Below are positions 56,497 through 64,000 of a stretch of DNA of 64,000 bases, in pieces (positions within the stretch are counted from its first letter, which is position 1; every line of letters begins with the position of its first letter). A program made the position numbers and the translations under genes. The stretch lies in contig OY970160.1 of the NCBI GenBank assembly GCA_963706445.1, positions 1,280,001 to 1,344,000 of the forward strand. The letters run 5' to 3'. Below the pieces are notes generated by a model. It saw nothing but the letters and a program-made list of their open reading frames with translations. It did not search any database and was not told the DNA's origin. The stretch is from an uncultured Nitrososphaerales archaeon (GTDB taxonomy: Archaea; Thermoproteota; Nitrososphaeria; Nitrososphaerales; Gagatemarchaeaceae).

Positions 56497-57081
56497 ATGC
56501 AGACGGAGCAGACCCACGAGACGGCAGGGAAGATACTCCAAGTAGCCTCGAAGATGTTCGCCGAGAAGGGCTTCGCCAACGTGTCCGTGCGCGACATCTG
56601 CCGAGAGACTGGGACCACGGCCCCGGTCATCTACTACTACTTCGGGAGCAAGAGGGGTCTCTTCGACGCCGTGGCCCGCAAGCAGATATCCATGGAGGAC
56701 TTCATCGCCAAGCTTACGAAGGCGTCAGGCTCGGCCGACCCCAAGAAGGGGCTGGAGGCGTTCATCTCGACGTACCTTTCCAACTTCCCAGAGCACACCT
56801 TCGACATCGGTCTCTACATGCGTGACTCCGCGACTTTGGACAAGCATAGCGCCCAGATCGTCTCCGACGACCTCGACAAGATCAGGACCATGGCCGTCGA
56901 GTTGGTCGACAGGGCCATGACCAAGCGGGTTTTCAGGAGAACCGACTCGAAGCTGGCTACAGACTGTCTCCTGGGGATGCTGAACCGGGTGATTTTCCAG
57001 CACATCCATTTCGCCAAGACCTCAGACAGGGAAGAGTACAGCCGTTTCGTGGCCGATTTCTTCTTCAGGGCGATGAAGTAG
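56497..57081 (+). CDS. TetR/AcrR family regulator
   Basis: FAEKGFANVSVRDIC...IYYYFGSKRGL. Confidence 0.93.
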   Translation: MQTEQTHETAGKILQVASKMFAEKGFANVSVRDICRETGTTAPVIYYYFGSKRGLFDAVARKQISMEDFIAKLTKASGSADPKKGLEAFISTYLSNFPEHTFDIGLYMRDSATLDKHSAQIVSDDLDKIRTMAVELVDRAMTKRVFRRTDSKLATDCLLGMLNRVIFQHIHFAKTSDREEYSRFVADFFFRAMK

Positions 57082-57085
57082 CCTA

Positions 57086-57490
57086 CTAAAGCCCTGAGAC
57101 GACCCTCTCTGGGCTGATCTCGATGGTCGCCCTGGGCTGCTTCCAATAGCGCTCACGGGCCGCCTTCTTTCCAGCCGCCTCCCCGGTGTACCGGATCGCG
57201 AGTGTCTCGATGTCCTTCTTGCCGTCCCTCTCAGTGGCTATTCGCGCCGTGCCGAACAAGATCAGGTATGGGTAGGCGTCATCGACGAGGAAGCAGACCC
57301 TGTTGTCCCGTTTGATATTGAAGTATTTCACCCTCGCCGTCGTGGTGTTGATGATTATCTTCCCTTTCTCGAGCATAAACCAGATGGGGGTGACGTGGGG
57401 AGAGCCGTCCTTCATCGTTGTCGCTATCTTCCCGAAGTGCTTCTCCTTGAGGAAGGCTTCCATCTTCGGGGTCAGTTTCACCATGCTCAT
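57086..57490 (-). CDS. PPOX-class F420-dependent oxidoreductase
   Basis: IAT..KDGSPHVTPIWF, KYFNIKRDNRV. Confidence 0.9.
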   Translation of the reverse strand: MSMVKLTPKMEAFLKEKHFGKIATTMKDGSPHVTPIWFMLEKGKIIINTTTARVKYFNIKRDNRVCFLVDDAYPYLILFGTARIATERDGKKDIETLAIRYTGEAAGKKAARERYWKQPRATIEISPERVVSGL

Positions 57491-57505
57491 CCTAACCCTC
57501 GGTCT

Positions 57506-59167
57506 CTACTGCAACTTCGCGGCGTAGGCCTTCAGCATCTTCGTGTACATGCTCCTGGGCGGGAACCCGATGCTGCAGAGGTATGTGGAGAACTTCACCC
57601 TCTTCTTGGGGTCCTTTATCCTCCGCTCAATGGCTCTGATCTCTTGGCCGACAACAGCGTAGCTCGTCGCGTATCCAGGGAAGCCCCCCTCGTGCGCCGG
57701 GAAGAGCTGGAAGTACACGCTGCTCCTCGGGACCCCCGTGTACTCGTTGGCCCAGTCGACGAACTCCAGCAGGGTCTTCTTGCCGGTGTTGACCCACACG
57801 TCCCCCACAACCCTCAGGAACCTGGTGATCCTCCAGCGCCTGGTCATGAACTCGAGTTCGAGGTTCACCTGCTTGAGCCCTCCGTATTTCTCCATCAGCT
57901 TGACGTAGGCCTTCTCGACGGTGGTCAGCCTCTTCTTCGTTTCGAGCCCCTTGGAGACCTCGAAGAACTCGAGTTCCCTGTTGAACGACAGTCCTTCGGT
58001 TATGGGGGCGCTGTTGAGAGTGGCGGCCATCATCTGGAGCATCGGAAGCTCGCCCACGAACTCGAGGGCGCTGTTGGAGTGATGTACGCAGTGGCCGTAC
58101 TCCTCGTGGACCAAGAGGTCGATCAGTGCGGCGACTGATTTGTCCGGGTCTCTCTTGGGGTCGGTGGTCTGGAAGAAGACCTGGAAGGGCCTCTTGGTGT
58201 ACGTGTCGAAGAACTGGGCAGCCCCCGTAGGCATCGTCCCCGTCAGATATGGAGGGGTCTCGATGACCCTGGTGTTGTACTTCGGGTTTATCCTGTTGAC
58301 ATCTTCGTTGACCAGCCGCTGAATTACCCGCCTGATCCCGAGCGTGACTGCGACCAGCTTCTTCGGATCGAGGTCGTTCCTTTCGATGATTCTTTCTTCG
58401 ACCTCCTCCGGGGCCGGCTTGCACTTGAACTGCTTTGCGAGCGTCCCAGCAACCTTTCTGAACTTGGGGAGCTCTTCGTCGATCCACCCCATCGCCTTCG
58501 TTTCGAGCTGCTCTGGGGTCTCGCTGTAGTCGAACCCTTTCTTCAGTGCGATCGGGTAGAACTTCTGCCTCCCAAGGTCGAAACCTTTCTCTTTGAATAT
58601 CCTCTCGACGTTGGGGAACTCCCCCTTCCCCCACCCCTCTAGCTCGAAGAGCTTGACGTAGTCCGAGACCTTCGCCTTTAGGGAGTCGGCCGCGTCCTTG
58701 ACTTCCGCGCTCTTACTTTCGCTCTTCACGGTGTCGAGTATCTCTAGTACCCCGTCCAGGCGATAGAGGGTGAGCGCCTTGACTGCCACTGGTATCTTCT
58801 TCCTGGAATAGCGCGCCTTGCAGGCGTCCACGTCCTTGATCGCATATTTGAGAAGCGAGAGCAGGTGTCTGTCGTTCACACCCTCCTTGGCCAGGTGGAC
58901 GAAGATGGTCCCGACGATGTCGTCCAGGACGGGTTGCGGTTCGTCGAAGAGTATGCCTGTCTCCATCGAGTCCAGGACCTTCTTCTGCAGCTCAGTCTTA
59001 GCCTTCCTTCTCAGAGCCCGTACCTTCTTCAGGGCCGCGTCGATGTTCGCCTGTGATGCGATGAAAAGCTTCCCTGCATAGTCGTTGAAACCCATCAAGT
59101 ATGCTCCCGAGGGGCTTACCTCCTTCAGAAAGTCCATGATCTGGTTGTCGAGAGGGTCAGAAATCAT
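57506..59167 (-). CDS. DUF885-like putative metallopeptidase
   Basis: P..AYLMG, HEEYGH, TEG, PGYATSYAVVG. Confidence 0.75.
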   Translation of the reverse strand: MISDPLDNQIMDFLKEVSPSGAYLMGFNDYAGKLFIASQANIDAALKKVRALRRKAKTELQKKVLDSMETGILFDEPQPVLDDIVGTIFVHLAKEGVNDRHLLSLLKYAIKDVDACKARYSRKKIPVAVKALTLYRLDGVLEILDTVKSESKSAEVKDAADSLKAKVSDYVKLFELEGWGKGEFPNVERIFKEKGFDLGRQKFYPIALKKGFDYSETPEQLETKAMGWIDEELPKFRKVAGTLAKQFKCKPAPEEVEERIIERNDLDPKKLVAVTLGIRRVIQRLVNEDVNRINPKYNTRVIETPPYLTGTMPTGAAQFFDTYTKRPFQVFFQTTDPKRDPDKSVAALIDLLVHEEYGHCVHHSNSALEFVGELPMLQMMAATLNSAPITEGLSFNRELEFFEVSKGLETKKRLTTVEKAYVKLMEKYGGLKQVNLELEFMTRRWRITRFLRVVGDVWVNTGKKTLLEFVDWANEYTGVPRSSVYFQLFPAHEGGFPGYATSYAVVGQEIRAIERRIKDPKKRVKFSTYLCSIGFPPRSMYTKMLKAYAAKLQ

Positions 59168-59266
59168 GGCCAGGCGTGTTCACTGTGGGTTATTTCTAGT
59201 TCGCGGATGCGCTCTTCCTCGACCATCGGAATCCTTTAGGTAAACGCCAGCCCTGCTTCTGACCGA

Positions 59267-59851
59267 TTGGCATCCTTCGCCACCAAGGAGCTTTCGAAGA
59301 GGACCTGGTCCGACTTTGAGAAGCTATTCAGAGAGCCTGGCGAATGGGGAGCCTGCTGGTGCGTCTACTATCAGCGCCCCAGACCCTTGTCCAAGACCGT
59401 GACCGCCCACCTGAACCTAGACCAGCGGGCCGCCCGGAACCGCAGAGACAAGAAAGCCATGGTCGATAAGGGGTGCGCACATGGGATCCTGGTGTATTCC
59501 GGGAGGGAGCCGGTGGGTTGGTGCCAATACGGTCCCAAGGAGGAGCTGCCCCGGATCGACGCCGGAAGGAAATACCGCAACCTTGGTTCGAGCCTGGACG
59601 AGAAACTCTGGAGGATAACCTGTTTCTGCGTGGACCGGACCTACAGGAACCAGGAAGTGGCACGCGTCAGCCTAGATGCGGCCCTGGAGTCGATAAAGAA
59701 AAGGGGCGGAGGGACTGTCGAGGCATTCCCGGTCACCCGCAGGGGCGCCCTGGCATCCTGGTTTGGAACAGAATCCATGTTCAGGGAGAGAGGATTCGAG
59801 GTCGTGGCCCCCTTCGGGAAGAGCAACGTCCTGATGAGACGAAGAATCTGA
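59267..59851 (+). CDS. GNAT acetyltransferase
   Basis: CWCVYY, PVGWCQYGP, WRITCFCV...YR, VEAFP. Confidence 0.88.
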   Translation: MASFATKELSKRTWSDFEKLFREPGEWGACWCVYYQRPRPLSKTVTAHLNLDQRAARNRRDKKAMVDKGCAHGILVYSGREPVGWCQYGPKEELPRIDAGRKYRNLGSSLDEKLWRITCFCVDRTYRNQEVARVSLDAALESIKKRGGGTVEAFPVTRRGALASWFGTESMFRERGFEVVAPFGKSNVLMRRRI

Positions 59852-59858
59852 TCGGCGC

Positions 59859-61343
59859 CTAGGCAGCGACTACGTCCAGTGGCTTGAACTTTTCCACGGT
59901 CTCGGCCAGCTCCCTTCCGAGGCGCTTCTGCCACTCGGCGAACCCCTTCGGCGATTCTGGGTAGGCCAGGTTAATCTCGACCAGGGCGGCGCTCTTCTTC
60001 ACGGTGTACCTGAGCCCCCTCGCCAGGGAGAACTGTCCCAGGACCCTGAACCACATCGCCGGGTTCATGAAACGAGCCTGGTTGAACTCAGGGTGCTTAC
60101 GCTCAGTTATGGCCGTGACGTCCTCCTCCGACAGGAAGTGCTTCATGCCGTAGTTGATCTGCTCGTTCGTCACCGTCTGCAGGTAGCGCCTGAGGACCTC
60201 GAAGCTCGCCATGGGGTAGCCGTGGGTGTTCATGTACTCCACGTTGTACTTCCAGAGCCCCGCCTCGCTGGCGTCCCTGGCCTCCAGGGCATCCGCGACG
60301 ACCTTCCCGAGTATCGTCCCCCCATATATGGAAGGGCTGATCCCTCCGGCGTCGATGGGCCTGGGCATCCAGGCCGAATCTCCCACCACCGCAAACCCGT
60401 TGGCGACCATGCAGTCGTTGTGGCGGCGGACCGGGACCTGCCAGTTCCCCTTGGTGTTCCCCGAGTCGGCGTCGTCGTTGGGCTGGGAGTAGTTCTTGAT
60501 GACGGGATTGTCGGCGAGGTACTTGTCTATCAGGCTCTGGAGGTTGTCGTTCAGGCGGAACCTCCTGTTCCGCCTGGCTAGCCCTGAGTGCGAGACCCCC
60601 AGGCCGATATTGACCTTCTTCTTCCCCTTCGGGAAGACCCAGGCGTACCCTGCGGGGGCTATGAACTGGTCGAGGTGGATGATGCAGTAGTCGGGGGCGA
60701 AGAACGCGGGCTGGTCGGAGGCGGGCTCGAAGTCCAGGATGTACCTCCCCGTCCCCACGACATCGTCGGGGTCGATCTCCTTCTCGATCATGGAGGGGAT
60801 CGGCATGAACCTCCTGAGGGTGGACGACGAACCGGTGGCGTCTATGGTGATCTTCGCGGTGATGCTGAAGGTCGACCCGTCTGACTTCCTCCCAGTAACC
60901 CCCGTGATCCACCCGTCGGTGGATAGGAGCCTCTCGGCGGTAGCGCCGTACATGAACTTGGTCCCGTACTTTTTGGCGTCGCTTACCTGCCTGCGAGGAG
61001 CGAGCTTCCTGTTGAACAGATATCCCTCCCCCTCGAACAGTACCTTGGACTTCCTGTCCGGGGAGTAGACGTAGACCCCGCTGACCGGGTGCTCGAGCTC
61101 AGGAGAACCGTACCTTATCCCGATGTGGTCGGCGAGGTAATCTAGAGACCTCTTGCTGGTCGCGTCCCCGCAGGTCCAGCCGTTGTTGGTCTTCCGGCCC
61201 GGCTCGTCTTCTTTGTTCCTGTCGACGATGAGGACCCGGGCCTTCCCCTTCGAGTGGTATCCGATGGAAGCGGCCGTTATGAGGCCCGCCATGCCTCCGC
61301 CGGCGATGACTACGTCAAAGTCGGGGTCTGACTTCTGGCCCAT
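59859..61343 (-). CDS. Geranylgeranyl reductase family FAD oxidoreductase
   Basis: AGGGMAG, CGDA, DATG, PAGYAWVFPK, VGD.A..P.P..AGGI. Confidence 0.92.
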   Translation of the reverse strand: MGQKSDPDFDVVIAGGGMAGLITAASIGYHSKGKARVLIVDRNKEDEPGRKTNNGWTCGDATSKRSLDYLADHIGIRYGSPELEHPVSGVYVYSPDRKSKVLFEGEGYLFNRKLAPRRQVSDAKKYGTKFMYGATAERLLSTDGWITGVTGRKSDGSTFSITAKITIDATGSSSTLRRFMPIPSMIEKEIDPDDVVGTGRYILDFEPASDQPAFFAPDYCIIHLDQFIAPAGYAWVFPKGKKKVNIGLGVSHSGLARRNRRFRLNDNLQSLIDKYLADNPVIKNYSQPNDDADSGNTKGNWQVPVRRHNDCMVANGFAVVGDSAWMPRPIDAGGISPSIYGGTILGKVVADALEARDASEAGLWKYNVEYMNTHGYPMASFEVLRRYLQTVTNEQINYGMKHFLSEEDVTAITERKHPEFNQARFMNPAMWFRVLGQFSLARGLRYTVKKSAALVEINLAYPESPKGFAEWQKRLGRELAETVEKFKPLDVVAA

Positions 61344-61461
61344 TTGCTCCTGTGCTCTTGGTGGAGGGGTCAGGTGGTCGGGATATAGGTATAGCCCGAA
61401 CAGAACATGGATAAAAACAGAAAGAAGGCCGCCCGGCCTGGGCCGAGCTGCCTGGGGGTGT

Positions 61462-62103
61462 CTATTCGCTGGTGAAGATGGACTGGCCCGTGCTGTTCGG
61501 CACTTCTGGGAGGTTGTCCGCCATGCGCTTCTCCGCGATGGCCGACGCCTCTGCCAGGATCTTGTTGGCTTCCTCGCTGTTCTCGGCCTGGTAGAATGTC
61601 GTGCCAGTTATCTGGCCGACGTCCACCATGATCGAGTTGAGCGTGGCTCCGATCTCTCCGAGCGCTCCCTGGGCATCTGGCATGGCCTCGCCGAGGGTGG
61701 CACGGACGTTCTTAATCACCCCGATGGCCGGGGCGATGGTGGCTGCGAAGTCTCCGATGTCTGTGACCGTCTGCAGTCGCGTTGTGATCTGCTCTAGGGC
61801 GATCTTCGACGACGTGACGATCTTCTGCATCTTGCGGACTTCGGCGAGCTCGTTGGAGTAGGCCTTGCTGGATTCCTGGTCGTGTGCCTGTACGGCAGTC
61901 ACGGTCTTCTTGAAGATGGAGCTTTCGCGTTGCTTCAGCCGGTTCATCGCCTGGTCCAGGCGGTTGATCTCCCCAGTAAGCTGCTGGGTCGCCTTCTGGA
62001 CCTGTGGGCGTATCGGCTTTGGGCCGCGGACTGTGTCGCGGACCTGCTTCCCGAAGGGCTCCGTCTCCTGAGCCTTCCATCCTTTCTCGAACTTGCTGCT
62101 CAT
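61462..62103 (-). CDS. cdvB: ESCRT-III / CdvB paralog (Snf7)
   Basis: F...W N-terminus, YSNELAEVRKM, ALEQI.TRL.TV.DIGD, EEANKILAEAS..AE. Confidence 0.92.
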   Translation of the reverse strand: MSSKFEKGWKAQETEPFGKQVRDTVRGPKPIRPQVQKATQQLTGEINRLDQAMNRLKQRESSIFKKTVTAVQAHDQESSKAYSNELAEVRKMQKIVTSSKIALEQITTRLQTVTDIGDFAATIAPAIGVIKNVRATLGEAMPDAQGALGEIGATLNSIMVDVGQITGTTFYQAENSEEANKILAEASAIAEKRMADNLPEVPNSTGQSIFTSE

Positions 62104-62222
62104 CGTGATATCCGACATGATACCCACAGAGCCGGACATGACTGACTGAGGCAAGAACGATTGACATTCTGCTTAACGAAATACACTATGATAGGCGATA
62201 AGGAAAAACGGGGAGAGCCCCT

Positions 62223-62591
62223 CTATTCGACTTTGTAGCGCTTGGCCAGCTTCACCATCAGGAAGATGACGAAGGCGACGACTAGGAATGTGATCAGCGC
62301 GTTCGCGAAGTCACCGACTCCGAACGGACCGGCCATGTATGTGTTGATGTTGGTTCCAGCGGGAAGAGCGTACGACAGGATGGGGAGGACGAGGTCTGAT
62401 ACAAGCGCCTTCACCAGGCCGCCCAGGTATATCGCAAATACGAACGCCACAGCCAGAGCGAGGACCTTGTACTGCGACAGGAAGGCCTTGAACTCGGCGA
62501 TGAGTCCCTTGGTGGGGGGTGGCGGCGGAGGATGTTCGAGGAGCTCTCTTATTTTTCGAAGTTCTGCCAGCATTTCCTCGTTGGAGGACAT
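62223..62591 (-). CDS. mscL: Large-conductance mechanosensitive channel
   Basis: EFKAFL...V.ALAVAFV...LV..LV.D..LP, GDF..ALITFLVVAFVIF. Confidence 0.9.
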   Translation of the reverse strand: MSSNEEMLAELRKIRELLEHPPPPPPTKGLIAEFKAFLSQYKVLALAVAFVFAIYLGGLVKALVSDLVLPILSYALPAGTNINTYMAGPFGVGDFANALITFLVVAFVIFLMVKLAKRYKVE

Positions 62592-62680
62592 GCGGCGCCT
62601 TTCGGAACTGGCGATATAAGACTTCGAAAGTCCATGTCAGAGTTAATTCCTGTTCTCGCCGGGCATTTGGTAGAATAGAA

Positions 62681-63619
62681 TTGGCTGGCAAGGTGCAGTC
62701 GGATTTGGCGAGAGGGTACCTCTATGCCATACTGGGTTCGCTCTGCGGAGGCTCGGTCCCGACCCTCGCGAAGGTCGCTCTAGAACACAACGGGCCTGTC
62801 GTGATCACCGGGCTGTCTTTCCTCATCTCCGGCTTCATCCTCCTGCTGAACCAGCCGAAGAGGAAGCCCGAGCCAGGGAGCATGAGATACCTCGTCTTCT
62901 TCGGGATAGTGGGGGCGGCCGTCGCGCCTCTGATGTACACCTTCGGCCTGAACGAGACCACTGCGGTGAACGCGTCACTCCTCGCCAACGGGGAGGTCCT
63001 GTTCACCACGATAATCGCGTTCTCGGTCTTCGGGGAGAGGCTGCGCCGGGGTCAGATCTTAAGGGGCCTGCTCATTGTAGTGGGGCTCGTGGTTGTCTCC
63101 ACAAACCTCGACCTGGCCAACCTTGCGTTCCTGCAGGGGCTCGCCGGGAACCTCCTCGTGCTTGGGGCGACGGTGGGGTGGTCGGTGGAGAACAACCTGA
63201 TCGTCATGGCCACAAAGAGGTTCGACACCTCGCTGATCAGCAAGTTCAGGAACCTGATAGGGGGCGGCATCGTGACTGCATTCGCCCTTGTCGCCATGCT
63301 CCCGCTGCAGTTGTCCTACTCGGATGCGCTTGTCCTAGTACTCCTAGCTCTGGCACTCTCGGGCGGGACCTATCTGTTCATCGCGGCGGTAAAGCGCCTC
63401 GGCGCCATCAGGATGCTCCTGGTCTGGTCGACGTCCACTGTCTTCGGGGCTGTGTTCGCTCTGATATTTCTCGGCGAAGAGATTACCTTGGCTCAAATCT
63501 TCGGGGGAGTCGTGATACTCCTTGGGGTCTACCTGTTCCACCGGGGAGAGAAGGCTCATGAAGCGGAACCGTTCGCGCCGCCGGCCGGGGCCGTTGCGAA
63601 ACAGGACATTGGTCGTTAA
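62681..63619 (+). CDS. DMT/EamA family transporter
   Basis: About 10 TMs; GL..TTAVNASLL, GERL, FLGEEI. Confidence 0.9.
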   Translation: MAGKVQSDLARGYLYAILGSLCGGSVPTLAKVALEHNGPVVITGLSFLISGFILLLNQPKRKPEPGSMRYLVFFGIVGAAVAPLMYTFGLNETTAVNASLLANGEVLFTTIIAFSVFGERLRRGQILRGLLIVVGLVVVSTNLDLANLAFLQGLAGNLLVLGATVGWSVENNLIVMATKRFDTSLISKFRNLIGGGIVTAFALVAMLPLQLSYSDALVLVLLALALSGGTYLFIAAVKRLGAIRMLLVWSTSTVFGAVFALIFLGEEITLAQIFGGVVILLGVYLFHRGEKAHEAEPFAPPAGAVAKQDIGR

Positions 63620-63643
63620 AAGGGAAATCCAGCTCGACTGCCG

Positions 63644-63772
63644 TTGCCCGAGGGCCTTGCTTGGCCACCGAACAAGGAAGACCTTGAGAAACTATACATC
63701 GCCGACAAGCTTTCGGCCGCGAGAGCTATCTATCGCACTCAACAGGCCAATAATTCATTCCCCAATAGATGA
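63644..63772 (+). pseudogene. Truncated HTH-like N-terminal fragment
   Basis: MPEGLAWPPNKEDLEKLYIADKLSAA, then runs into antisense nuoD; ttaaaa about 25 nt upstream. Confidence 0.4.
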
Positions 63773-64000
63773 CGGGGATGTCGGCAACGTGGACGTTCCT
63801 CAACAGGTAGGGGAGCACCCTGAGGTTCTTCATGGATGGGACCCCGATCTTCAGCCTGTAGGGCCTGGGGGACCCGTCGCTGATTATGTGGTATGACATC
63901 TCCCCCCGGGCGGCCTCGGTCCGCGAGTACACCTCCCCTGCGGGAACCCTGGGCTGGGGCCCGAGCTTCAGGCGCACAGTCCCAGGCGGCAGCTTCTTCA
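63726..64000 (-). CDS. nuoD: NADH:quinone oxidoreductase subunit D, C-terminal part (runs off the window)
   Basis: GEVYSRTEAARGE, DGSPRPYRLK..PS, VADIP...DR*. Confidence 0.92.
   Translation of the reverse strand, partial: KKLPPGTVRLKLGPQPRVPAGEVYSRTEAARGEMSYHIISDGSPRPYRLKIGVPSMKNLRVLPYLLRNVHVADIPVIYWGMNYWPVECDR

Noticed and set aside
57627-58634. 335-aa Arg/Gly-rich ORF (and similar ones at 60103-60912, 35280-36137, 22820-23698)
   Set aside because: Off-frame shadows of well-supported genes.
63726-64000. Group 4 [NiFe]-hydrogenase large subunit
   Set aside because: The C-terminus YWPVECDR lacks the DPCxxC motif; it fits NuoD.

Overview
Archaeal chromosome segment of about 60% GC (estimated by eye), densely coded, with many TTG/GTG starts. 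The gene set suggests Nitrososphaerota (Thaumarchaeota), probably a non-ammonia-oxidising, peptide-using lineage (inference): exosome-proteasome superoperon, short XPF, CdvB/ESCRT-III, type 1 IDI, thaumarchaeal-style NuoD C-terminus and many F420 enzymes. Core genes include endonuclease IV, psmA-SBDS-rrp4-rrp41-rrp42-rpl37ae-pfdB, EF-2, a thermosome subunit, GGR, MscL and the end of nuoD. Most notable items: (1) a tRNA-Lys(UUU) with two non-canonical BHB introns; (2) a lower-GC region at its 3' side with small secreted/membrane ORFs interspersed with tRNA 3'-end remnants and a recurring short motif in both orientations; (3) a TFB lacking its Zn-ribbon, followed by an RHH regulator and amt; (4) a 12-TM protein resembling the heme-copper oxidase fold, with a 4-TM partner; (5) an orphan long NurA plus HerA pair; (6) a membrane-anchored wHTH regulator divergent from a DUF4349-PKD gene; (7) a candidate RbkR operator next to an ECF transporter operon. 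No CRISPR array, rRNA, integrase or transposase was seen. All family calls come from motif recognition, not database searches.
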